From Candidatus Micrarchaeota archaeon (GTDB taxonomy: Archaea > Micrarchaeota > Micrarchaeia > Micrarchaeales > CABMGC01), in the NCBI GenBank assembly GCA_021850805.1, contig JAJZKO010000001.1, positions 45,885-109,884 of the forward strand: a DNA stretch of 64,000 nucleotides, given 5' to 3'. The notes under the pieces were generated by a model. The model ran no database searches. It was not told the origin of the DNA and saw nothing but the letters and a program-made list of their open reading frames with translations. Made by a program: the position numbers and the translations under genes. How positions within the stretch are numbered: the first letter of the stretch is position 1; each line of letters starts with the position of its first letter. Positions 19,739 through 28,965 of the stretch are shown piece by piece.

Positions 19739-20475
19739 AGAATATGAGAAGGGTGCTGTTTTACTGCTTTGCTGCCTTAGGAAGCGTCGCGGCGCTGCTT
19801 GCTATCGGAGCGTATGCATTTTTTATCGCTGTGCTCGGATCGGGGATGGTGTTTTATATGCGAAGGATGGATCGAGAAGACGCGCATGACAGAGACGATG
19901 CAATGAACCTTGCCTTTAGGATTGCTGCTTCAGGATCCTCGCTGCCTGCGATTAGGGAATGCGCGGCAAGGATTGAAGGAGCAGGGCTGAGGGGAAGAGC
20001 TCTGAGATGGTGCAATATGCTTATCTTTACTGGTGCGGCAGATAGCGAGATAACCGTGGACCCGCTTGCAAACTCTGTTTTTGAGCTCGCTGCCTTTGGC
20101 GCTTCGACAGGCAGGGATATATCCCATGCCATGGATCATCTTGGCATGCGGATCAGGAGGCGGATTGAGGCTGAACACGAATATGTAGCGAGGGCGGTGG
20201 GTATGGATAGGGTATCTATTGCGGGGCTTGGCTTCTTCCTTCCTGCATTTGGCGGCATAGCTTCAGGATTGATGCATTTTACCGGAAGCTCTTTTCATGG
20301 AGCAATGTTTGAGGCATCGATAGCCGGCTTTATCCTATGCTGCCTCTGTATAAATGCGCTCTTCTCGGTGAAAAGGGAGGACGCTGTTCAGAAGCTCGCA
20401 GGGATTGCCATAGCGTTTTCTTTCTCTGCGCTTGTTATGCTCTCAGTATCGAGATTGTTGGTAACATTTATGTGA
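19735..20475 (+). CDS. membrane protein, possible second half-size PilC/TadC/FlaJ-like platform subunit
   Basis: 246 aa with the same topology type as the preceding gene. 4-nt overlap with it. Confidence 0.5.
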   Translation: MKNMRRVLFYCFAALGSVAALLAIGAYAFFIAVLGSGMVFYMRRMDREDAHDRDDAMNLAFRIAASGSSLPAIRECAARIEGAGLRGRALRWCNMLIFTGAADSEITVDPLANSVFELAAFGASTGRDISHAMDHLGMRIRRRIEAEHEYVARAVGMDRVSIAGLGFFLPAFGGIASGLMHFTGSSFHGAMFEASIAGFILCCLCINALFSVKREDAVQKLAGIAIAFSFSALVMLSVSRLLVTFM

Positions 20476-20483
20476 GTGGTTTG

Positions 20484-20759
20484 ATGGATAGGAGCATTAA
20501 TTGCAAAATGCGAAGCATGGCGGGAAGACTGGTACCTACAGATGTAAGGGCTGCTTTTGTTCTGGTGCACAGATTGAAGGGGCAGGGATCTCTTGAGTAT
20601 ATAATGATGATATCGGCTGCGAGCATGGTGGTTCTCATAGCCCTCGCGATGATAATAAAGTTCAAGGGAGCAGTGAGCACAAGCACAATGGTAAACGGCA
20701 CCAACACTAGCGTTTACTCTGCAATAGCCGGGGACTTGTCCTCGCTCTCGAGGTCTTAG
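20484..20759 (+). CDS. pilin-like protein with class III signal peptide
   Basis: Contains HRLKGQGSLEYIMMISAASMVVLIALAMII (basic leader, G/Q-x-S-L-E, hydrophobic helix). An alternative GTG start at 20565 would give a short canonical leader. The track ORF start at 20337 overlaps the upstream gene. Confidence 0.6.
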   Translation: MDRSINCKMRSMAGRLVPTDVRAAFVLVHRLKGQGSLEYIMMISAASMVVLIALAMIIKFKGAVSTSTMVNGTNTSVYSAIAGDLSSLSRS

Positions 20760-20762
20760 CCC

Positions 20763-21125
20763 ATGAAAGCACAGATGTCACTTGAGTTTATGCTTTATGT
20801 GGCTTTGGGCGGGCTGGCGCTCTTAGCCGCACTCGGAATTGCAACAGGGAGGGAAGCAGGGTTGAATGTCAGCATACAGAGGTTCGAACTCTCTTCGCTG
20901 GTTGCAGAGATAAACGGGGATATTGCAGCAGGATCAGGGTTTGCCGAGGCATATGTGCCAGCATCTTTCTGCAATGCAAGTGCAGAAGGCGATGAACTCG
21001 TAACCGCGTATGGCTCCTTCGGCTTCCTGGAGAGGGTTGCCATCTACAGGCAGTCCCCGTGCGGAGGATACATGAATATCCCTATAATTTACACAGGCTT
21101 CGGAAACGCTACCCTGGTGATATGA
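20763..21125 (+). CDS. pilin-like protein with class III signal peptide
   Basis: 120 aa. N-terminus MKAQMSLEFMLYVALGGLALLAAL. Confidence 0.65.
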   Translation: MKAQMSLEFMLYVALGGLALLAALGIATGREAGLNVSIQRFELSSLVAEINGDIAAGSGFAEAYVPASFCNASAEGDELVTAYGSFGFLERVAIYRQSPCGGYMNIPIIYTGFGNATLVI

Positions 21126-21149
21126 ATTAGGCTTCAGATTAGCATTGAG

Positions 21150-21320
21150 ATGATGGTGCAGATGCTTATAGCACTCTCAGCGTCTGCCTTGGTAATTACG
21201 GCTGCACATGCAATTGCTGCAGGGCATTTGAATGCGGCCCTTGCAGGAACCTACGCGGATGCGTACAACGCATCAAGCTCTCTTGCTGCATCATGCAGCT
21301 GCATTGGGATGGGAGGATGA
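21150..21320 (+). CDS. small hydrophobic pilin-like ORF (start uncertain)
   Basis: Shorter than the 60-aa track cutoff. In frame immediately after the TGA of the previous gene: IRLQISIEMMVQMLIALSASALVITAAH... The first ATG is at 21150. ATGA overlap with the next gene. Confidence 0.3.
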   Translation: MMVQMLIALSASALVITAAHAIAAGHLNAALAGTYADAYNASSSLAASCSCIGMGG

Positions 21321-21640
21321 TACTCACTATTGACATGCTTATTGGTCTTGCGTTCGTGCTGCTTGCAGCTGCGCTCTTGCTCGGTTCTTACGCATTTGCA
21401 TCTGCACAGGTGTTGCGCCTAGCCGATTACTCGCTCGCTTATGAGCTCTTTGCAGCGCATTCGCAGGAAGCGGTGGCTGCAGTATATGCTGCAAATCTCA
21501 CATACCCTAGGGCAGAGAGCATCCTTTCTGCGTACGGATATAAACTTAGTAACCTTTCCAGGTATGATAAGTGCGGAATTGCCAGCCCTTGCAGGATAGT
21601 TGTAGTATCAGGCAGGGAGATGATTTTGGTGGGGCAATGA
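21317..21640 (+). CDS. pilin-like/membrane-anchored protein
   Basis: MILTIDMLIGLAFVLLAAALLL N-terminus (T-I-D-M-L, pilin-like). The track ORF starts at 21293. ATGA overlaps at both ends. Confidence 0.45.
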   Translation: MILTIDMLIGLAFVLLAAALLLGSYAFASAQVLRLADYSLAYELFAAHSQEAVAAVYAANLTYPRAESILSAYGYKLSNLSRYDKCGIASPCRIVVVSGREMILVGQ

Positions 21641-22908
21641 GATTTCAGGCAAGTTTGGAATTTCTGATAGTAGCATCTTCACTGGTTGCCCTCTGTGCTG
21701 CCGCACTTGTGTTTTACATGGGCAGCCCTGCGCTTGCAGCCATAAAGTCATTTGCATCTTATAATTCGCCAACCCAGCAGGCATACAATGGAGTATACTC
21801 ACCGGAAGGAATCCCTGAGGTGTCATGGTCCCTAGGAGGCGGTTTTGAAAAAGGCGTGGAAGGGACTTTTTACATCGTATTCTATGGCTGCGCGCAGGAA
21901 GGCGTGAAGTTGTATCTTAACTCAGGAAGCGGCAGCCTGGCGGATTCATCATACAGAATCAACTTCTCAGGGCCTTATATACTGCAGGGGCACTTTACCC
22001 CATATAATCAAGGCACGTTCGCCATCAATGCGACATATTCAATTCTGTGTGGCGGAAGTTCATATGGAAATTCCATGATAATACGAGGGTATGCCACAGG
22101 GTCTGGATACGGTGGTGGAGCGTCTTTCAGTGTGGTGGACCTGTCGCAGAATGTAAGTGCATATTATCCTGCGCCAAGCGCAGGCGGCGGCATGTATTAT
22201 ACGGCAGAAGGATCACATTGCACATACTATGATTTTTGGGACCAGGCCGAGAGCGTAGCCCAGCAGTGCGGAACGTCAGATGCGTGGGATTATATGGTCT
22301 TCTCGAATTACTGCTATGCGGACAAGGGAATAATAAGCAAGGTTTACTGTGCGCGGAAGTCAGGCGGGTACGGGATTGCGAGCAACTCAACAGCAATCAA
22401 CTACAGTTACAGGCTAAGCCTCTCGGTGGAGACGCAGCGTGGGGTTATAAACACCACAATTGCTTCAGGAGAGAAGAATGCGAGCGTATATCTGGGAGGC
22501 AGCATTGTCGGAAGTGCATATTCTAGTATGTCTTCGCCTCCGCCTGGGTTTTATGCGATTGCAGGAAATGGAGAGGAATACATCCTCAGTCAGACATCCT
22601 ACAGTTCGTTACTATACGCGGAGCGATACGCATCCGGCCTCCTTGCCTATTATAACTCTACGGAGGTGACATCAGGTGATAGTGCGCAGATACAGGAAGC
22701 GATAGGCAGCGAGGGGGATATGTACCAGAAAGCATTGTCCGGGCTTGGCGCTACAGGAAGATACTGCAGGATCGAAGGGAATATGAGCCTGTGCTATGGA
22801 ATAAAAAATGCCAGTTTCGCCATATACATCTCCCTTCCAGAAGGATTCGGGGGCATTAACGGCAGCTCTGCATATGACGGATCAGAAGTTTATGTAAATG
22901 AAGGGTAG
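21637..22908 (+). CDS. large pilin-like surface protein with class III signal peptide
   Basis: Internal start gives MRFQASLEFLIVASSLVALCAAALVFY. ATGA overlap with the upstream stop. The remaining 400 aa or so are G/S/Y-rich with N-x-S/T sequons. Confidence 0.65.
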   Translation: MRFQASLEFLIVASSLVALCAAALVFYMGSPALAAIKSFASYNSPTQQAYNGVYSPEGIPEVSWSLGGGFEKGVEGTFYIVFYGCAQEGVKLYLNSGSGSLADSSYRINFSGPYILQGHFTPYNQGTFAINATYSILCGGSSYGNSMIIRGYATGSGYGGGASFSVVDLSQNVSAYYPAPSAGGGMYYTAEGSHCTYYDFWDQAESVAQQCGTSDAWDYMVFSNYCYADKGIISKVYCARKSGGYGIASNSTAINYSYRLSLSVETQRGVINTTIASGEKNASVYLGGSIVGSAYSSMSSPPPGFYAIAGNGEEYILSQTSYSSLLYAERYASGLLAYYNSTEVTSGDSAQIQEAIGSEGDMYQKALSGLGATGRYCRIEGNMSLCYGIKNASFAIYISLPEGFGGINGSSAYDGSEVYVNEG

Positions 22909-22914
22909 GCTTTA

Positions 22915-23298
22915 ATGAAGGCGCAACTTGCAACTGCAGAGGCTCTCATTGCTCTCTCTGCCGTTATATTTTTTTCCGCATATGCCATGCGTGCTTATTC
23001 TTCGTATCTTACGGAGACGCGAAGTGATGTAGGCTCATTGTCTTATAATATGGCTTTCTACGACTTTGTACATATGGCATATTCCAATGCAACCACAGGT
23101 GAATGCGTGGATTCATACATATCCAATGGTTCAGGTTGCGTTGAGAAGATATATTCGGCTATGGAGAGCATATACGGAATAGAGAATGTTAGCCTCTTTG
23201 TAGCAGGAGGAGAGAAGAGCGGCGGTCACGCATTATACGTGAGGTGCTTCCCATACGGCGAAGGTGGAAAATACCTTCTTTGTCTGTCTGCAGGTTAG
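22915..23298 (+). CDS. pilin-like protein with class III signal peptide
   Basis: 127 aa. N-terminus MKAQLATAEALIALSAVIFFSAYAM. Confidence 0.6.
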   Translation: MKAQLATAEALIALSAVIFFSAYAMRAYSSYLTETRSDVGSLSYNMAFYDFVHMAYSNATTGECVDSYISNGSGCVEKIYSAMESIYGIENVSLFVAGGEKSGGHALYVRCFPYGEGGKYLLCLSAG

Positions 23299-23302
23299 TT
23301 CT

Positions 23303-23575
23303 ATGGGATTTTATGGCATAGTCTTACTGTCGTTTGTTGTGGCGGCGACGCTGCTTCTATCCTCGCTTAATTCAGACCTTGGTTACTCCTTAGGGACCGA
23401 ACTGCAGGGCTTCCGCATCTCAGGGTACATATCGACAGCCTCGGAGATGTATCTTGCACACGTATGCCTTGGAAATGGATGTGCATACCTGAATGCAACA
23501 TTCCTGCCGGAAGGCGTATACAGGATAGGGGACATGGTTTCCTCCTCTGGTGGCTATTGGTACAATTTCTCATAG
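23303..23575 (+). CDS. small N-terminally anchored protein, last gene of the pilus-like locus
   Basis: MGFYGIVLLSFVVAATLLLSSL from the internal ATG at 23303. The track start at 23264 overlaps the previous gene. Confidence 0.45.
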   Translation: MGFYGIVLLSFVVAATLLLSSLNSDLGYSLGTELQGFRISGYISTASEMYLAHVCLGNGCAYLNATFLPEGVYRIGDMVSSSGGYWYNFS

Positions 23576-24967
23576 GACAGCTGCCACGTGCGAGAAGAGA
23601 TATGAAGCCGCAGAGGAAGATACGGATATTATTGGGATTGGATAGATTCCGAACAGTATCGTTGCAACGAGGCATATGCATACCACCGCCTTTACCCTGG
23701 GAGGTATGTTGAACTGCCTCGCGCTCCTTCCTTTTGAGTACGAGGCTATGAGAAGCCTGAAGTAATAGTAGATGGATATTACGCTGTTTATTATTCCTAT
23801 TATGGCCAGCCAGTAAAGGCCAGAGTTTACGGCGCTCAGGAAGAGCAGGAACTTGCCTATGAATCCCATAGTAAATGGTATTCCTATGAATGAGAACATG
23901 AATATCGCAAGCGCGAACGCTGCAAGCCGATTCTCCGATGAGAGTCCAGCCATGTCAGATATCTTAGTTCGGCCGCGGCTCTCCATGAGTGCGAATATGG
24001 CGAATATGCCTATGAACGCAAAGGAATGCGCAAATATCTGGAAGAGGCTCGCCGTGATGCCCTGTGCAGAGTCTGCGGCTATGCCTATGAGTATGTACCC
24101 AGCCTGGGATATTGACGAGTATGCGAAGAGCCGCTTTATCCCTGATTGGGAGAGCGCGGGAAGGTTGCCGTAGAACATCGTTACTGTTGATAGCAGAGCC
24201 ACGGCTATGAAGAGCCCGCTGTATGCAAAGAATAAAAGCACCATTATCTGTATTAGTGCCGCGAAGCCCACTTTCTTGTTAATGCCGCCAAGCATGGCGG
24301 TTAGATATGGGCGCGAACCCTCGTAAACATCAGGTATGAGTATGTTAAAGGGGAAGATAGATGCGTCAAAGCTCAGGGAGGCTATGAAGATGAATGCGGC
24401 AAAGACCAGCGCGCCCTCCTGAAGCGCAGGCGAGAGGGCGAGTGAATTCGTTAGTACGTAATAAAGACCTGCGGCGAAGGCAAATACAGCTATTGATATT
24501 GAGGCCATTATGAAGAACTTCACTGCGGGTTCTATGCTTTTCCTCTCGAGAAGTATGGCAAATGTGGTAGGTATGCTGGTGAGCTCAAGGCCTATGAACA
24601 GACTTACAAGGGATGTGGAGGATGCAACGAGTATCATGCCGAGCAGAGCAAAATCTGACATGAGCGCGAAGTCAGCATAATTGGATGAGTATTCATATGC
24701 AAGGAGGTTTACCAGAAGCATGCCGAATGAGAAGAGGAAGAAGAGGAGCGTTGAGAACGCATTGAAGGATATCCCTACAAAGACATCCGGAATGGAACCT
24801 GCTATTATCAGGTATACAGAGAGAGTAACAAGCGCCAGGAGCATTATGGTATTGTAGATGAACTGCGTGCGCCTCCTTCCTGAGAGCCTTATGGCCAGCG
24901 CTCCGAAGAGGAGCAGCAATGATGCGCAGAGGAATGCAATGTCTGCGTAAGAGTATGTTATTGGCAT
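23570..24967 (-). CDS. nuoN: NADH-quinone oxidoreductase subunit N
   Basis: 465 aa polytopic antiporter-like subunit. LFIGLELTSIPT and LFAYSSISQAGYILIGI motifs fit NuoN better than NuoM. Last gene of the operon. Confidence 0.8.
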   Translation of the reverse strand: MPITYSYADIAFLCASLLLLFGALAIRLSGRRRTQFIYNTIMLLALVTLSVYLIIAGSIPDVFVGISFNAFSTLLFFLFSFGMLLVNLLAYEYSSNYADFALMSDFALLGMILVASSTSLVSLFIGLELTSIPTTFAILLERKSIEPAVKFFIMASISIAVFAFAAGLYYVLTNSLALSPALQEGALVFAAFIFIASLSFDASIFPFNILIPDVYEGSRPYLTAMLGGINKKVGFAALIQIMVLLFFAYSGLFIAVALLSTVTMFYGNLPALSQSGIKRLFAYSSISQAGYILIGIAADSAQGITASLFQIFAHSFAFIGIFAIFALMESRGRTKISDMAGLSSENRLAAFALAIFMFSFIGIPFTMGFIGKFLLFLSAVNSGLYWLAIIGIINSVISIYYYFRLLIASYSKGRSARQFNIPPRVKAVVCICLVATILFGIYPIPIISVSSSAASYLFSHVAAVL

Positions 24968-26764
24968 TTATATTACCAGATAAGCGTAAATGAACAGGAG
25001 CAGGAGTCCGACGCTGAATGCAAGGGCGTAGTTGTTTATATTTCCAGATGAAACTCTGCGCACAATGTTGCCAGTCTGTATCACGTCCCTGCCGAAGGTG
25101 TCTATTGAGTAATTCAGGTACGAATCGAATATATATGCCCCTGAACCTACGAGAGTCAGGAGTGATGCCGCGGCCTCGTAAAGCCTGTTGAATGCATACC
25201 TGGTGTATATAACCCCGTGAGGCAGAGTAGTTCCTGCAGGTGCCTTATGGCGCCAGTACAGCACATACGCCGCTCCTAAGCCTATTATTGCTATTGCGGT
25301 CTCTATGAGCGCGTCTGTAATGTGAATGCCCAATGCACCTGAACTGAAGTATTGCGGATAGCCTGAGAGATACGCAGGGCTCATGAGGAATATGGCGAAG
25401 CCTATTGAAGCAAGAGAGAGCAGTGCAAGGATTGCCATTGGATATGACATGCTCTTTGCAGTCGCCTTGTACTTTATCCCGGGCATCACACGGCCAGGGC
25501 TCTTTGAAGGGTATGCGAACCACCTGAATATGTAGAGGCTTGTGAGAAACGCTATGGCGGAAAAGAATATGTAGAATGGTGAAGTGTAGGATGATACGGA
25601 GTATCCTATAAATGTATTTACGAAGAATCCGGAGAACGGGAGTATGCCGGCAATGGATAGAACTGATACAGCTGTGGTAACATATACTATCCTATTTGAC
25701 TTCATCCCTGCGGAATCGTACAGGCTCTCGCTCTCGGACGCCTCCATTGCCGTTCCTGATCCGAAGAATACAAGGGCTTTGTAGAAGCTCTGGACGAAGA
25801 AGAAGAATATTGCGGCAAGGTATGCGCCTATGCCTACCAGGACAAGCATAAGGGACAGCTCCTGGACTGTTGAGTATGCTATTATTTTCTTTATATGCGT
25901 CTCCCTGAGCGCATTTAAAGTTGAGAGCACAGCAGTTATCAGTCCGAAGGCGAGTATAATCTCCTGCAGAGTGGGGCCGAAGGCAAGGAATATAGGAAGC
26001 AGGGATATGACAGCAAAGACGCCTGCCTTTACCATCGTGCTTGAATGCAGGAATGCGGATACCGGGGTGGGCCCTTCCATTGCATCCGCAAGCCATTCGT
26101 GGAAAGGAAACTGTGCGGATTTTGTAAATACTGCAACGAGAAGCAGGAGAGCGCCAGAATATTCTAGCACCGTAGGCGTGTACCCAGAAGCGCCAAGAGC
26201 GCTTATGATTGTTGAGAACTGGAGCGTATGGAAAGATACGAAGAATATCACTATTGCGGAGAATAGGGAGATGTCGCCTATGAAGACGATGCTCAGCGCT
26301 TTTCTTGCTGCGTGTGCTGCGGAGCGGCGCGAGTACCAGAATCCTATCAGCATGTAGCTCATAAGCGTAAGGAACTCCCACGCGATGAAGAAAGACACGA
26401 AGTTCGCGCTTATCGCGAAGAGAACCATGGCGGCTTCGAATATAAGCATTTCCGAATAGAAGCGCCTGTGCTCGCTCAGCTTATCCATGTAACCTGCAGA
26501 ATAAGCCATTATGAGCGGCCCTATTACCAGTACGGCCAGGAGGAGGACGAAATTAAGCGGCGCTATCTGGGTGGATATGCTCAGGGTTACCCCCTGCAGC
26601 GAGAGCCAAGTAAGACTTGATGCACTGTGTGATACGAAAGGAAGCAGGAGAAGCGAGATGATGCTGAGGGCAAAAGCAACATACTTGGCGTTCTTTGCGC
26701 CTGGCACTATCAGCGAGAGCAGGGCGCCGAGAAGCAGCGGGAGAAGGAGTATAAGGGCCAGCAT
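24968..26764 (-). CDS. nuoL: NADH-quinone oxidoreductase subunit L
   Basis: 598 aa. WEFLTLMSYMLIGFWYSR motif. Length and position match NuoL. Confidence 0.88.
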   Translation of the reverse strand: MLALILLLPLLLGALLSLIVPGAKNAKYVAFALSIISLLLLPFVSHSASSLTWLSLQGVTLSISTQIAPLNFVLLLAVLVIGPLIMAYSAGYMDKLSEHRRFYSEMLIFEAAMVLFAISANFVSFFIAWEFLTLMSYMLIGFWYSRRSAAHAARKALSIVFIGDISLFSAIVIFFVSFHTLQFSTIISALGASGYTPTVLEYSGALLLLVAVFTKSAQFPFHEWLADAMEGPTPVSAFLHSSTMVKAGVFAVISLLPIFLAFGPTLQEIILAFGLITAVLSTLNALRETHIKKIIAYSTVQELSLMLVLVGIGAYLAAIFFFFVQSFYKALVFFGSGTAMEASESESLYDSAGMKSNRIVYVTTAVSVLSIAGILPFSGFFVNTFIGYSVSSYTSPFYIFFSAIAFLTSLYIFRWFAYPSKSPGRVMPGIKYKATAKSMSYPMAILALLSLASIGFAIFLMSPAYLSGYPQYFSSGALGIHITDALIETAIAIIGLGAAYVLYWRHKAPAGTTLPHGVIYTRYAFNRLYEAAASLLTLVGSGAYIFDSYLNYSIDTFGRDVIQTGNIVRRVSSGNINNYALAFSVGLLLLFIYAYLVI

Positions 26765-26765
26765 G

Positions 26766-27080
26766 CTACCACTTAAGTTTTGAGAGCTTCCTTACGTCGA
26801 AGTCTATCCTGTTTGCCTTCATGTAGACATAGAATGTTATCAGGGTTATTATCTCCACTGCAGCTACAGCCCATATCCCGATGAGCATTACAACTGCAGC
26901 GGGATTTGGGGATTGATACAGGGAGAATCCGCCTATTACCAGGATTGTGTCTGCAACGAATATGAGTTCTATCCCAAGCATTATGGCTATGAAGTGCCTG
27001 TCGGAGAGCAGGCCTGCAAGGGCTATCCCCAATATCAGAACGGCACTCGCTACGATATATGTGGATAGTATCATTTTCAC
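26766..27080 (-). CDS. nuoK: NADH-quinone oxidoreductase subunit K
   Basis: 104 aa, 3 TM. IMLGIELIF and AVAAVEIITLI motifs. Confidence 0.85.
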   Translation of the reverse strand: MKMILSTYIVASAVLILGIALAGLLSDRHFIAIMLGIELIFVADTILVIGGFSLYQSPNPAAVVMLIGIWAVAAVEIITLITFYVYMKANRIDFDVRKLSKLKW

Positions 27081-27559
27081 ACCAGGCGTATCTGCTTCCG
27101 TATCAGGAGCACTGTGCCTATAGTAGAAGAGAATAGGAGAATGATTATAAGATAAAGCAGGAATGCGTATGTTCCAGAAAATGCTGACGCAGCTGCGCTT
27201 ACGAGATTCTGATTAGAAGCCAGATACACCTGCGGCATTCTCAGCACCATAAGCGATAAGGCAGAGGTTATTATTATTGCACCTGCGGCGAAGTATGGCA
27301 TCTTGGATAAGTTGGCAGCTTTCTGTTCTGGGGATACGGCAACGACCAGATAGGTCGAGAGTCCACCGACAAATACGAAGAGCTGGAGGAAGGCGGCGAG
27401 TACCTGGTTCAGGAGTACGAATATGAATGCGCTTGCTGCGAATGCTATTACGAGCATGAGAACAGCGTATAGTATCTTCCTCTGTACAAAGAGCATTACT
27501 GATGCTGCAGCAAGGATAAATGCGGTTACATCGAAGGCGTACTGCAATAGCATTCCCAC
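27077..27559 (-). CDS. nuoJ: NADH-quinone oxidoreductase subunit J
   Basis: 160 aa. AAFLQLFVFVGGLSTYLVV motif. Position between nuoI and nuoK. Confidence 0.8.
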   Translation of the reverse strand: MGMLLQYAFDVTAFILAAASVMLFVQRKILYAVLMLVIAFAASAFIFVLLNQVLAAFLQLFVFVGGLSTYLVVAVSPEQKAANLSKMPYFAAGAIIITSALSLMVLRMPQVYLASNQNLVSAAASAFSGTYAFLLYLIIILLFSSTIGTVLLIRKQIRLV

Positions 27560-27563
27560 AAAC

Positions 27564-27932
27564 CTACTCCAAATCCTCAGGCCTCTTCAGGAGGCTCCTC
27601 TTGTCGTATGCACCATAATCATAGTTCTTGCTTAGGGTAAGGCACTTCGGCGGGCAGACCTCCTCGCATAGGGCGCAGAAGAGGCACCTCTCTATCCCTA
27701 TCTGCGGCATCTTCTTCACGCCTTTGTCCGTTATGACCTCCACCATTGTTATAGTCTTGTTCGGGCATATCCTCTCGCATGCGAAGCAGCTTATGCATGT
27801 ATCCATGTCGAGGCGCAGCATGCCCCTGTAGTCGTCAGGCAGCGACTCGCGCTCCTCGGGAAATTCGGTTGTAAACCTTTTCTCGCCGAGGGCCTTTATA
27901 GATTTTGCTATTGGGCTTATCATTTCCTCCAC
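27564..27932 (-). CDS. nuoI: NADH-quinone oxidoreductase subunit I (2x[4Fe-4S])
   Basis: 122 aa. Two ferredoxin-type motifs, CISCFACERICP and CLFCALCEEVCP. Confidence 0.9.
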   Translation of the reverse strand: MEEMISPIAKSIKALGEKRFTTEFPEERESLPDDYRGMLRLDMDTCISCFACERICPNKTITMVEVITDKGVKKMPQIGIERCLFCALCEEVCPPKCLTLSKNYDYGAYDKRSLLKRPEDLE

Positions 27933-27945
27933 TTATTCCCATTTC

Positions 27946-28965
27946 TCAGGCAAATATTATATATGCAATCACAAGGTTTATCAGGGATAGAGGTAGAAGC
28001 CATTTCCACCCGAACTTAAGTATGCTGTCTATCCTCATCCTTACCGTAGTTGCCCTTATTATTATTATGAATATGCTTATTACCGATGCTTTTGCAAGAA
28101 GCCATACTATTGGAGGGAGGAGAGGGCCTTCCCACCCTCCGAAGAATAGTATTGTTATAAGAAGGCTGCCAAGAAGCATCCTCGAGTAATCCAAGAACAG
28201 GGAGAGGGCGTAGTATGGAGCGCTCATGTCAGTGAGCCATCCGGCTATGAGCTCTGAGTCAGCCTCCCTCAAGTCGAATGGGGGCCTCTCGAGTTCTGCA
28301 AGCATGGTTATGAACAGGACTGCAAGCCCAAGGGGCATGAATATTGCAAATATGCCATTTGACTGAGCGCTTATTATGGATGCTATGTTGTAGCCGTGTG
28401 CTGCGATTCCCACAGCAGCAACAGCGAGTATCATTGGTAGTTCATAGCTCAGCAGTATAAGAACGGATCTCTGCGCGCTTATGTCAGCAAATTTGTTGCT
28501 GGTGCTGAATGCGGTTATGAATAGCAGGATGGGGGTGAAGGACAGTATAACGAAGATTATAAGAATGCCGAAAGCGAAGTTGGTTGCCTGAAGGGATGGT
28601 GCGAACGGTAGCAGCAAGACAAGGAATATGGAGACAGAGACGAGCAGAGGCAGGCCTATTATGTATAGGGTACGCTCAGCCGAGTCTGGTATTATATCCT
28701 CTTTTGCAAGGAGCTTCACTAGATCTGCGAAATTCTGTAGGATGCCAAACTTGCCCACATACGTAGGCCCGTGCCTGTGCTGCACCTTGGCTATCATCTT
28801 CCTCTCGAGCCAGCCGAATATGTATCCGAAGATTGATATTATTATTGCAACTATTATGGCGAATGCTATTATTCCCCCTACAGAATAGACCGGATTGGGC
28901 GAATTTATGTAAGAGGTCACATTCAGCCCCATGCCAAAGGGGATCTGCAGGTTATTTGTCAACAC
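27946..28965 (-). CDS. nuoH: NADH-quinone oxidoreductase subunit H
   Basis: 339 aa polytopic. ERKMIAKVQHRHGP and LAELERPPFDLREADSELIAG motifs. Confidence 0.9.
   Translation of the reverse strand: MLTNNLQIPFGMGLNVTSYINSPNPVYSVGGIIAFAIIVAIIISIFGYIFGWLERKMIAKVQHRHGPTYVGKFGILQNFADLVKLLAKEDIIPDSAERTLYIIGLPLLVSVSIFLVLLLPFAPSLQATNFAFGILIIFVILSFTPILLFITAFSTSNKFADISAQRSVLILLSYELPMILAVAAVGIAAHGYNIASIISAQSNGIFAIFMPLGLAVLFITMLAELERPPFDLREADSELIAGWLTDMSAPYYALSLFLDYSRMLLGSLLITILFFGGWEGPLLPPIVWLLAKASVISIFIIIIRATTVRMRIDSILKFGWKWLLPLSLINLVIAYIIFA

Noticed and set aside
21571-21636. Upstream extension of the large pilin-like ORF (MRNCQPLQDSCSIRQGDDFGGA).
   Set aside because: It overlaps the preceding gene. 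The internal ATG at 21637 gives a canonical class III leader (MRFQASLEF) and an ATGA coupling with the upstream stop.
25692-26381. 229-aa minus-strand ORF and 175-aa plus-strand ORF (25830..26357) inside nuoL.
   Set aside because: They are out-of-frame or antisense to a confidently identified NuoL, and their Arg/Cys/His-rich composition is atypical of real proteins.
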